Counted from the stretch's first letter, positions 18,736-27,964 are shown. The stretch: 32,000 nt of DNA from Acaryochloris marina S15 (GCF_018336915.1 NZ_CP064923.1:5400001-5432000), one strand, 5' to 3'. The notes: generated by a model from the letters alone, not told the origin. Translations and numbers: made by a program.

Positions 18736-21716
18736 CCTTAGAACAAAAATTGGGCCGTTTTTTAAGCAATAAGGATGCCCCACTCACTGAAAACGCATCG
18801 CCAACCAGTCCTGCTCATCGGGGCCAGCATTACACTCCCTATAAATTTCTGAATTATTATATTCTCCGCCACTATCGGCTGATCCAATCCTTCTATCGAC
18901 CGATTAAAAACACAATCTATGCATTTTTTATAGCATTTCTTTCTTTCTTAGATTTAGCGATTGGGCAACTCATTATTCATCTAGGAGTGATATTTCTCAC
19001 TATTCTTTGGATCATCCTTTTTCTAACCACTCCACTCTTGCAGTGGCTCACAGAAAAAATTCGCTTCAAGTCTTCAGATATAGATTGGGTTGATAACCTT
19101 GGTGAGTTTATTGAGGCTTTACTCTTTATTTATATAGATTGGTTAAAAAGACAGCTTATAACATATTATTTTCCCCAGATAAATCACTTACCAAGTGCAA
19201 GCAAGTTAGACTACTTCTTGCAGTTTGTTGAGCGTAGTTTATTTTTCTTTTTGGAAGGTTTTCCAAAAAGAATACGGGATCGAATAACTTATTGGCAACG
19301 CCAGCAAGGGGCATTAGAGTCAACAGAAGCAGAAAGCCATTCCCCGCAAACACCACTTGGTATAGACGAGAACCTCCAATTCGGTGAAATTGCTCGTGTC
19401 AATCAAGCTTTACGTCAAGGCGGGCCATTATGGGAGGTCCTATATGAAATCAACGAGGCAGATGCCGATGTCCTCCTCGAACAACGGCTTAGCAAGGAAG
19501 ACAGAGCAAAGTGGAACAACTTAAAATCCAATCAAGAAATATCCAATGTCCTTTGGTCAACGCTAGATAAAATTCAACGACAGAAAAATCAGAATTTTCA
19601 AGCCTTAGAGCAAAAGCTTAAAGAAGCCGAGAAAACGTTAGAACGAAAGCAAAAAAGCAACAAAATTAGTATCAATCAGAAACTCAATCAACGAAAAATA
19701 AGAGCGCTCTGGACACCGTTTTTTAACGGTATAGCGCGGCTCAAATTTTCTAAGGAGGACATCGAAGCCTATTCTGCCGCTGGCACATCGTTTCAAAAGT
19801 TTCGTGACACCATTAAAAGCTGGCAAGGCTTACTTGCCTTATTTTGTATGGGGTTGTTGATTGCGCTCACCGCTAGTTCTGAAAGTCGAGAAGCAATTAC
19901 CCAACTGTTACAAACCATCCTGAATTCTCAAGCCCTTCGTAACCTCATACCTGAATGGATCAAGAACAGTCTCAATTCACTAGTCTCTTGGCTTCCTAAG
20001 GCAATCCAAGCATTTCCAACCTGGCTTCAGATTGGATCTGCGACGTTGATTAGCTTACTACCCGTCATAAAAGCCCTTACAACTTACATTGGCTCAGTCC
20101 AAAAAGAGCAAGCTCGCATTCAAGGCGAAAAAGAGACCTTAATCCAACAGTCCCAAGACAGAGTCACATCAGAAGCCCAAGAAGTCGCTCAGCTACGTTT
20201 AAGAGTCGAAGAAGAACGCCAACAATTGGGACCAAATGCCCAATATCCTTCTCTACTCGACTTCGTCAACGCTCGAATCTCAGGCGATGACTATGGTAAA
20301 CATCTGGGTCTCATGCAGCAAATCAAACAAGATCTTGCAGCCTTATCCTCACGTCTGACCCTGAATCAAAGCAATGAGCAAGATATTCAACAACTATTTC
20401 CCCGCGGTCCTGCCAGAGTATTTCTCTACATTGATGATCTCGATCGTTGTCCCCCCGACCGCGTCGTTGAAGTGCTCGAAGCAGTCCAGCTTCTCCTTAA
20501 TACCAAACTATTTGTCGTCATTTTAGCCATTGACGATCGCTACATTGCCCGCGCGTTAGAACAAGTTTATGCAGGCGTTCTCAAGCGCCGAGGCAAACCC
20601 TCTGGCATCGACTACTTAGAAAAAATCATCCAAATCCCCTATCGACTGCGTCCTATTTCACCCGATACCGTTGAAAGATACTTTCGTTCACAGCTCACCA
20701 TCAAAAAAGAAGATCAGTCATGTGATAAAGGCACAGCACAACAGACTATCTCACATCTCAGTACTAAGCCTTCAGGTCACTCTCATTCAGAATTAAATCA
20801 ACTTGAGAGTCAGTATGTTCAAGACACAGTCAACTCAGAGTCTGAAAAATTACAGCCCACAACAGATAAAGTAGATAATCCATCAAACCAAAATGGTGAA
20901 TCGATAACTCAGAACCTCACCTCCTCTACTAAATCCTCAGAGGAAAATTTACCCAGTCCTAAACCATCTGAGTCATATGCCAAAGCTGCTGTCAGTCCAA
21001 GCACAGAACAAGCAGAACGTCTAAAAGCTTCCGTGAATGAACCGGAGACCAATACTAGTTCTAACGAGAGCAATGCAGAGCCATTAAACAAACCTCCGAC
21101 TCCAGAAGAAGTCACCTATATCTCAACGATTGCAACCGTCGATGCATTTGATGAAGAGGAACTCAAGCTTTTAGTCGATTGCTGTAAATATGTGGATATA
21201 ACCCCTCGAACAGGCAAAAGGTTAATCAATATCTACAAAATCCTACAAATTATTTGGAAAAAGAGGCATAAGGAAAAAGATCACGATCTTCCCTCTGATC
21301 AAACAAAGCGAATAGTGATGTCATTTCTTGCATTATCAGGCAGATACCCTGACTTTATGCGCAATCTCTTTGACGAAATCGATATGCTACTGGAGAAAGA
21401 AACTTTTGCTTCAACCAATGGAGAGATACTCATAAATCCTTCGATTCATCTATCTCTCTCAGAAACACTTGAGACTCTAGCCCCCACAAGCGATTCAAAA
21501 AACTCCCAAGATTTTCACACCAAGAGAGAATGGGATCGTTTCACCTCAGACATTAAACGCATGGTGGCGGACTCTTACACTACAACCGCAGACCCTGTTC
21601 TCACCTTAGATCGCAGAACCTTTTCTTTAATGCTTTCATTCTGCTTTGTGGGAGATCTTGGCTATGACCCAGATGATCACCCAGTGAACGTTCCAACACT
21701 TCAAAATCCTGAATAA
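18736..21716 (+). pseudogene. 3' part of the IS-disrupted WD40-KAP NTPase gene (TM insert, coiled coils, Walker B, disordered insert, C-terminal helical region)
   Basis: In frame with the 5' part once 17241..18735 is removed. Hydrophobic segments IYAFFIAFLSFLDLAIGQLIIHLGVIFLTILWIILFLTTPLL, LLALFCMGLLIALTA and WLQIGSATLISLLPVIKAL. Walker B VFLYIDDLDRC (20418-20450). KAP-like C-terminal ITPRTGKRLINIYKIL. No ATG start of its own (the track uses TTG 18750). Confidence 0.85.
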
Positions 21717-21989
21717 TTCACATTCGTCTGCAAGACTGCTTGAGCAGAGATTACCATTGGCGACCTCAACATCTAACCACTTTGTAAGTAGAGTGCAGTC
21801 TGCATTACACCCAAACAGCAAAATATGATGATGCCATACGGAAAAAGCGAAGTTTGCCAACAATTTTGCTAACAGACTCATTCAACGGGACGGTGCAATA
21901 TCTACACTATCCATGCAATGGCGTTATGATCTTCTCAAGCAACCTGGACCTTTTATGGTGATCGCGTCTCAGCAAACAATCCATAGATT

Positions 21990-22394
21990 ATGCCCCATAT
22001 CCCCTCCTTAACCCAGGTGCAATTAGAAATTCTTCGCCTCGCGAAAGAGAATGATGGTGAAACGCTGCAACTATCCTTTGAATCCCCCGTCATGGGTCAG
22101 GGTGAACCCCCCAGCGATCATCCTCCTTTAATGCAAGAGATGATTGACCTAGGCTTACTCGAAGTACAATCCAGTCGGGTCTATTGCGATACTTCTCGAT
22201 TTCAGAGAGATTGCTGGTTTGAATACTGCGCCAATTTAGAACTGCCCTCCATCTACGCCTGGGAATTATGGCGCCAAGAATTTATTGAGAAGCAGGAAGG
22301 ATCAACCACACTCATCTCGCCTGGAGAAGAATTTGAAGATTTCAGCTATGTGTGGGTACAAGAAATGATATTTCGGGCTGTTCAACCCAGCTAA
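21990..22394 (+). CDS. Hypothetical protein (orphan)
   Basis: 134-aa ORF with ATG start, acidic. No recognisable domain. The N-terminal LTQVQLEILRLAKENDG is only vaguely HTH-like. Confidence 0.45.
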   Translation: MPHIPSLTQVQLEILRLAKENDGETLQLSFESPVMGQGEPPSDHPPLMQEMIDLGLLEVQSSRVYCDTSRFQRDCWFEYCANLELPSIYAWELWRQEFIEKQEGSTTLISPGEEFEDFSYVWVQEMIFRAVQPS

Positions 22395-22564
22395 CGCTGG
22401 GATTATGGCTTTTACTCGAAAAAGTGAACATTCCCGAAGAGTCCGTCGTATTTTTGGGTAAATCTTTGAGCGAGTGAACCTTTGCCACTACTATTTGCAG
22501 CTCAGATTAGAAGCTTTCACTCACACTTAGCTATTCTAGAATTACCCTTAGTGAGATTAATGTG

Positions 22565-23077
22565 ATGGGCCAAAAAATCTTTAGTCCTGGTGAACTTGTT
22601 GAAGAAAGTGGCTTGTATCCCGTTGTTGGCCCTAGAGGTGGAGACAAAGGATACGAAGTGACTGCCGTAAAAGGAGAACCTTTTCCACCACTCCCTGAAA
22701 AAGGATGGGGATTTGGCAAACCTCAGTTAGCCAAAACAAGTGCAAGCCACTCAAGTGCAGCCCTAGTTGAGTATTCGCCACCCGAACTACCGAATCATCG
22801 TCCTATCACTACAGGGAATCTAGCGTTAGTCCCCTCTGAGACATTGCCCGGTGGCCGTCCTATACTGGTCGGAACCCGTCAGGTGAGTAGCTTTGATCAT
22901 TTACCTCAACATCGTCCTGTCTTTGAAAGTGATTTGAACATCGTGGCGATGGTCGGCGATCGTCCTGTGATTAGCTTAGATTCATCCCTCATTCCCTCAG
23001 ACTCTTTACCAGGCAATCGCCCCATTGCCGAGAACAACTCTTCTCCAAGCGGGAATTTGATGGGTTACTTAGATTGA
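22565..23077 (+). CDS. Hypothetical protein: YjzC-like N-terminus plus five degenerate LPxxRP(I/V) repeats
   Basis: ATG at 22565 (GTG at 22562 also possible). N-terminus FSPGELVEESGLYPVVGPRGGDKGYEVTAVKGEPFPP resembles the small YjzC family from memory. C-terminal half carries LPNHRPI, LPGGRPI, LPQHRPV, VGDRPV and LPGNRPI at ~17-22 aa spacing. Confidence 0.55.
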   Translation: MGQKIFSPGELVEESGLYPVVGPRGGDKGYEVTAVKGEPFPPLPEKGWGFGKPQLAKTSASHSSAALVEYSPPELPNHRPITTGNLALVPSETLPGGRPILVGTRQVSSFDHLPQHRPVFESDLNIVAMVGDRPVISLDSSLIPSDSLPGNRPIAENNSSPSGNLMGYLD

Positions 23078-23313
23078 TGGTGTGTCACACCTAATGAGAG
23101 GCTGGCAGTCAATCTAGCCACCTCGTCCCAAGCATTAGACAAACTCAGTCTTGCGGAATCAGATTCTCGCAAATCTTTAAGCAAGTATCGGATCATTCTT
23201 GTACCCAATTCTCTAAGCGTGGCATAAGTGGGCTGCAGTGAAGTGCCATATCTATGCAGTGAGTCGTCTCTTCTGGACGCATCACCCATGCTAACGGGAG
23301 AGACCATCTTCAC
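23065..23313 (-). CDS. Questionable small ORF (82 aa)
   Basis: It is the only ORF in the 366-bp gap before recN. It overlaps the end of the preceding gene by 13 nt. No motif recognised. Confidence 0.25.
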   Translation of the reverse strand: MKMVSPVSMGDASRRDDSLHRYGTSLQPTYATLRELGTRMIRYLLKDLRESDSARLSLSNAWDEVARLTASLSLGVTHHQSK

Positions 23314-23444
23314 ATCTGGCCTAGCTCTGGCATTGATTCACGCCGAATAAAAATCCGTTAGACATCAGTCATTATTTTCCGCCTTCCCTTTCAGAAGACC
23401 TGCAGATCAGTAAGATAGATAGGATCTGAGTTGGCCGTTCCAGT

Positions 23445-25229
23445 ATGTTGCTGTCCCTCCGCATCGAAAATTTTGCCCTGATCGACACCTTAGATCTGAC
23501 CTTTACGGATGGATTGAACGTGCTGACGGGAGAAACCGGAGCCGGGAAGTCCATTTTGCTGGATGCCATCGACTTGATCTTAGGGGGCAAAGCCCTCAGC
23601 TCCATGCTCCGTACAGGCGAATCTCGTACCTTGCTAGAAGCCAGCTTTAGTCTCACTCCAGCGCTTAATACTTGGCTGACCGCCACCGATATCGATCCCT
23701 TAGATGACTTGCTGGTGTGCAGTCGCGAAATTTCGACCCAAAGCACCTTGCGCAGTCGCTTTCGGGTCAATGGCGTTGTCGTCAACAAACAGCAGATCGC
23801 TCAACTCAGGGAACAATTGATCGAAGTAACTGCCCAAGGCCAAGCCGTGCAGTTAGGCCGAGCCGATCGCCAACGACAATGCCTGGACGGATTTGGTGGG
23901 GGACCACTTCTCAAGCAGCGACAGCAGGTTGCCACTGCCTTCACCCGCTGGCAAAAACTCACCACAGAACTCAATACCTTTCGCCAAAACGAACAGCAGC
24001 GCCTCCAAAATATCGATTTGCTCCGGTATCAGCTGCAGGAACTCGATACCGCAAATCTCGCCGACCCCAACGAGCAAACGGATTTAGAACAGGAACTGCA
24101 GCGCCTCAGCCATAGCGTTGAACTAGAACAGCAAAGTTATCAGGTCTACCAGCTCCTCTACGAAAAGGACCAAGGGGACGCCTGTGGCGATCTGTTGGGT
24201 CAGGCCGAATCCATCTTGGTGGATATGAGCCAGTACGACTCGCAGCTTGAGCCGATGCTGGAGCTGGTGCAGCAGGCCCTGACTCAGGTGCAAGAGGCCG
24301 GATCTTTAATTAATGCCTATGGCAATACTGTGGAAACAGATCCTGAACAACTGCAGTCCGTAGAAGCGCGACTGATGGAGCTGAAGCAGATTTGTCGCAA
24401 GTATGGGCCGAGTTTGGCAGATGCGATCGCACATCACCATACCATCCAATCCCAATATGCCGACCTCACGGGCGAAGGCCAATCCCTAGACGAGCTAGAG
24501 CAAGCCGCCGCCGACTGTGAAGCCAAGCTGCAGAAAGCCTGTGACAAGCTAACGGCCCTGCGCCAGAAAGCTGCCCAGCAGCTAGAAGCTCGTATCTTAC
24601 AAGAGCTAAAACCCCTCGCCTTAGACAAGGTGCAGTTTCAGGTCGGATTACAGCCTCTCTCGCCCACCCAGAATGGCGCGGATCAAATTCAGTTTCTCTT
24701 TAGTGCCAACCCTGGTGAAGCCTTACAGCCCCTCTCTGAATCCGCCTCAGGGGGTGAAATGAGTCGATTCTTGCTGGCTCTCAAAGCCTGCTTTTCCCAA
24801 GGGGAAGGCGTGGGCACCCTGATCTTTGATGAAATTGACGCAGGAGTCTCGGGTCATGTCGCCCAGGCAATTGCCACCAAGCTATACCACCTCAGTCAAA
24901 ACCATCAGGTTCTCTGCGTCACCCATCAACCCATGATTGCCGCCATGGCCGATGCCCATTTCCAGGTGCAAAAACAGGTTGTGATTCAGAGGGCAAACTC
25001 AGCCAGCACCCAAGCCGCCGAGCGGACAGTAGTGCAAGTCACGTCCTTGAATGACCAACAGCGACGGCAGGAATTGGCAGAAATTGCCGGGGGCCAGACC
25101 ACTCAGCAGGCTCTCACTTTTGTGGATTCCCTCTTGCAACAGGCCGGGCAAGTGCGACAAAGCTATGCCAACGGCAAAACCGCAACAAAGACCAAAAAAG
25201 CCAAAAAGCGAGCCGTTAACTCTGCTTAG
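23445..25229 (+). CDS. recN: DNA repair protein RecN (SMC-like ATPase)
   Basis: 594 aa. N-terminal LRIENFALIDTLDLTFTDGLNVLTGETGAGKSILLDAI (Walker A). Long coiled-coil middle. C-terminal signature/Walker B SGGEMSRFLLALK ... LIFDEIDAGVSG. Confidence 0.95.
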   Translation: MLLSLRIENFALIDTLDLTFTDGLNVLTGETGAGKSILLDAIDLILGGKALSSMLRTGESRTLLEASFSLTPALNTWLTATDIDPLDDLLVCSREISTQSTLRSRFRVNGVVVNKQQIAQLREQLIEVTAQGQAVQLGRADRQRQCLDGFGGGPLLKQRQQVATAFTRWQKLTTELNTFRQNEQQRLQNIDLLRYQLQELDTANLADPNEQTDLEQELQRLSHSVELEQQSYQVYQLLYEKDQGDACGDLLGQAESILVDMSQYDSQLEPMLELVQQALTQVQEAGSLINAYGNTVETDPEQLQSVEARLMELKQICRKYGPSLADAIAHHHTIQSQYADLTGEGQSLDELEQAAADCEAKLQKACDKLTALRQKAAQQLEARILQELKPLALDKVQFQVGLQPLSPTQNGADQIQFLFSANPGEALQPLSESASGGEMSRFLLALKACFSQGEGVGTLIFDEIDAGVSGHVAQAIATKLYHLSQNHQVLCVTHQPMIAAMADAHFQVQKQVVIQRANSASTQAAERTVVQVTSLNDQQRRQELAEIAGGQTTQQALTFVDSLLQQAGQVRQSYANGKTATKTKKAKKRAVNSA

Positions 25230-25435
25230 TTTTGTGACAAGGATGTAGAAGCTCGTAACGAAGGCCACCCATCTGTAACGGCTATGAGTCCTGATGCCAA
25301 CATTCGGGGCACTTTAAAGATACGAACCCGCTGCCCAGTTTTACGTGTGACTTTCCCCCACTCAACCCAGAGAAAACACTCTTTTGGGTTGGTGAATCGA
25401 TCGAACTTTTCGCTATCTTCTGTCCCTGAATATTC

Positions 25436-26203
25436 ATGGTCTCTGAACGATTGTCACAAGCCCTACAGGCTTTGGAGCATCATCCTCAACACCTTCGCAT
25501 CCGAAAATTAATTTACTTTGTCAGTCATCAGCATTGGCCGAGCGATCGCATTCCACAAGACCTTATGCAGCTCGATGTCTTGGTTCCGATCTTGCTCGCC
25601 CAGGTGACCACCGCTCAAGACTTAGGCCATCTGTTATCCAAGCGAGCTGCCAAGCTCAATAAATCCAAAACCTATCTGCCCATTGCCGACGCCATTAGTC
25701 AAACGTTGGCTCCCCTCTGTCAGTCCACGCCTACCATGCCAGACTATGGAGTGCCAGAAGCACTCAGTCCATCTCCCATTGGGGCAGGGGCAATCTACAG
25801 TCTGTTTGACCTAAAAGCAGCCCTAATGCAGTCCACCAACCCGCTGAAAGCAAAAATCTTGATCTTTTCAGCTCTCTATCATCCCTTTAGTTTCAGACGT
25901 CAAAATTGGTTGAACCTAAAGCAACGCTCCTTAGATAAATTACTGCAAACCCTATTCACCACCTATCCCAGCTTTGCGGCCCTAGAACAGAAGTTGATGC
26001 AAACGGCCGATCAGCTAGACACCCTCGATCAGAGTCAACAAGTGGTTCATGCCCTATTACGGGCCGTCCTTCCCCAATACCGAGGTCAATCCCTCGCCAC
26101 GCTAGAGAAACCAGGGCCAGAACCGTTAATCCAGACTGCAATCGACGACTTAGGAATTGAAGATGATATGCTCACTTGCCAATTAGTGACCCAGGCTTCC
26201 TGA
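25436..26203 (+). CDS. Hypothetical protein
   Basis: 255-aa ORF with ATG start and ordinary composition. It ends 5 nt before the pentapeptide-repeat gene start. No domain recognised. Confidence 0.6.
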   Translation: MVSERLSQALQALEHHPQHLRIRKLIYFVSHQHWPSDRIPQDLMQLDVLVPILLAQVTTAQDLGHLLSKRAAKLNKSKTYLPIADAISQTLAPLCQSTPTMPDYGVPEALSPSPIGAGAIYSLFDLKAALMQSTNPLKAKILIFSALYHPFSFRRQNWLNLKQRSLDKLLQTLFTTYPSFAALEQKLMQTADQLDTLDQSQQVVHALLRAVLPQYRGQSLATLEKPGPEPLIQTAIDDLGIEDDMLTCQLVTQAS

Positions 26204-26208
26204 AGGAT

Positions 26209-27201
26209 ATGAAAGCTAAAGCACTACTTAAACAATATGCTGACAATGTCTTTGACTTCAGTGGTCAAACTCTAGCAGGCGTAGATCTAGCAGGGGCTGA
26301 CTTGATTGGCATCAATCTATCAGCAGCGGACCTACGCAATACAAATTTGAGTTTGGCCTACTTGAATCGAGTGGATCTGCAAACTAGCAACCTGACCCAA
26401 AGCAACTTGAGCGGGGCTACCTTGGCTCAGGCCAACTTAAGCCAAGCAAACCTCACGGATGCAGCCCTGCATGGGGCGAATCTACAACGCGCCGTCCTAT
26501 TCAAAGCCGATCTGACCTTGGCAGATCTAACAGATGCCAATCTGATGGAAGCCGATCTGCGGGAAGTCACACTCCGCAGTACCAACCTCACAGGAGCTTG
26601 TCTACGCAGTGCCAACCTGCGGGAAGAAAATCGCAACTGTGCAGATCTTAGAGGAGCTGTCCTCGATGGGGTCGATCTTCAAGGGGCCAATTTACATGGA
26701 GCCGATCTGAGCAAAGTTAGCTTACAAGGAGCAAATCTCCGCAATGCCAATTTGCGAGCAGCCAATTTGGCCGGGGCCGATCTACAGGGCGCTAATCTTG
26801 AGCAAGCCTTGCTGATTGAGGCCAATCTCCAGCAAGCGAATCTGAGTCACGCCACCTTAGCCGATGCAAAGCTAGAGCGAGTGAATCTCCAGATGGCTCA
26901 GCTTGTCAACAGTGATTTAAGCGACTGCACCTTGGTGGAGAGTGACCTCAGTCAAGCCAATTTGCAAGGCGCAATGCTATATCGCAGTCGGCTGAATCGG
27001 GCCAATCTCAGTCGGGCAAACCTAACAGCAGCTAACCTGCAAGAAGCATTTCTGATTCAAGCATTTTTAGCCAGAACCGATCTCACGGATGCGAATCTCC
27101 AAGGTGCCAATCTAACCCGTTCAGATTGGAGTAGTGCAATTCTAACCAGAACCGTCTTAACGGGAGCGACACTACCCGACGGTACAGCCTGTGAAACTTG
27201 A
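26209..27201 (+). CDS. Pentapeptide-repeat protein
   Basis: Nearly the whole protein is A(D/N)LxG/A(N/D)Lxx pentads (ADLAGADLIGINLSAADLRNTNLSLAYLNRVDL...). The ORF is open from 26176, but the ATG at 26209 follows the upstream stop and is the likely start. Confidence 0.9.
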   Translation: MKAKALLKQYADNVFDFSGQTLAGVDLAGADLIGINLSAADLRNTNLSLAYLNRVDLQTSNLTQSNLSGATLAQANLSQANLTDAALHGANLQRAVLFKADLTLADLTDANLMEADLREVTLRSTNLTGACLRSANLREENRNCADLRGAVLDGVDLQGANLHGADLSKVSLQGANLRNANLRAANLAGADLQGANLEQALLIEANLQQANLSHATLADAKLERVNLQMAQLVNSDLSDCTLVESDLSQANLQGAMLYRSRLNRANLSRANLTAANLQEAFLIQAFLARTDLTDANLQGANLTRSDWSSAILTRTVLTGATLPDGTACET

Positions 27202-27236
27202 CCATCGTCGCAACAATTTCAACGGCTAACCCAGTG

Positions 27237-27839
27237 TTAGGTTTGAGGAGTTGCTTCAATATTCATCGCCTGATCAACTTGGGTATATAAGTGGGCTAGA
27301 TCAGAGTTGTTATCAATCACAACTGTAGCCCGGTGAGCTTTTTCGATTAGAGGCATTTGGCTAGCAATTCTAGCTTCCGCCTGAGATCTAGATATAGCGT
27401 CCCGCTCCATTAACCGCTGATACTGCTGCTCATCATCACAAACCACCACCCAAATTTCCGAGGCTAAATCCGTCATCTTTGCTTCAAACAATAACGGCAC
27501 CACCGCCACCACAATTGGATCCGTGAGTTGTCGTTGAGCAGACAGAATGCGATCTCGCACATAGGGATGAATTTGGCCCTCTAGCCAAGCGCGTTCAGAC
27601 TCATCATGGAAGACAATATTGCCCAGCTGCTTCCGATCTAGATTGCCATCTGCCAGCAGAATCTCTGCTCCATATCGTTGGGCAATATTGGCTAAAGCTA
27701 CTGACCCTGGTTTCACAGCATCGCGGGCGTAAATATCTGCATCCAAAATAGGCAATTCATAGCGTGTTTCTAGATAAGCAGCAACGCTAGATTTTCCCGT
27801 CGCAATCCCTCCCGTCAACCCAATAATTCGCTGTGTCAT
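27237..27839 (-). CDS. coaE: Dephospho-CoA kinase
   Basis: 200 aa. P-loop IGLTGGIATGKSS at the N-terminus. Typical CoaE length and layout (ILDADIYARD, PLLFE). Confidence 0.9.
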   Translation of the reverse strand: MTQRIIGLTGGIATGKSSVAAYLETRYELPILDADIYARDAVKPGSVALANIAQRYGAEILLADGNLDRKQLGNIVFHDESERAWLEGQIHPYVRDRILSAQRQLTDPIVVAVVPLLFEAKMTDLASEIWVVVCDDEQQYQRLMERDAISRSQAEARIASQMPLIEKAHRATVVIDNNSDLAHLYTQVDQAMNIEATPQT

Positions 27840-27964
27840 TTCCTTCGCTTTGCCAACAGACCTCTTGCTAGATTTTAAAGGGTGGCTTCAGGAATTTATC
27901 CAACTATCTCAACACGACTCGCATCTGGTCATTCACCAAACAGAGATCAAAGATTGGCTATGAT

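Noticed and set aside
21636-21881. 81-aa minus-strand ORF overlapping the 3' end of the KAP gene.
   Set aside because: It overlaps the well-supported KAP C-terminus, has no motif, and has Cys/Trp/Leu-rich shadow-ORF composition.
14727-23444. Absence of HIP1 (GCGATCGC) from the accessory segment as evidence of foreign origin.
   Set aside because: By eye I count 0 sites in these 8.7 kb, 3 in the first 14.7 kb and 8 in the last 8.6 kb (5 of them inside the ATPase gene). With such low and uneven counts the absence is not statistically meaningful on its own.
23314-23444. LexA/SOS box upstream of recN.
   Set aside because: No match to the cyanobacterial RGTAC-N3-DGTWCB pattern was found by eye. 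The nearest string (gttccagtatgttgc) does not fit.
23372-23788. 138-aa minus-strand ORF overlapping the recN 5' end. The same applies to other antisense or alternate-frame ORFs inside glcF (5074..5565), glcE (6152..6729), acs (9308..11256, several), DUF58, and the ATPase (28001..28198, 29106..29941).
   Set aside because: All are nested in strongly supported genes with clear family motifs on the other strand or frame. Their products are Arg/Ser/Pro-rich, as is typical of shadow ORFs.
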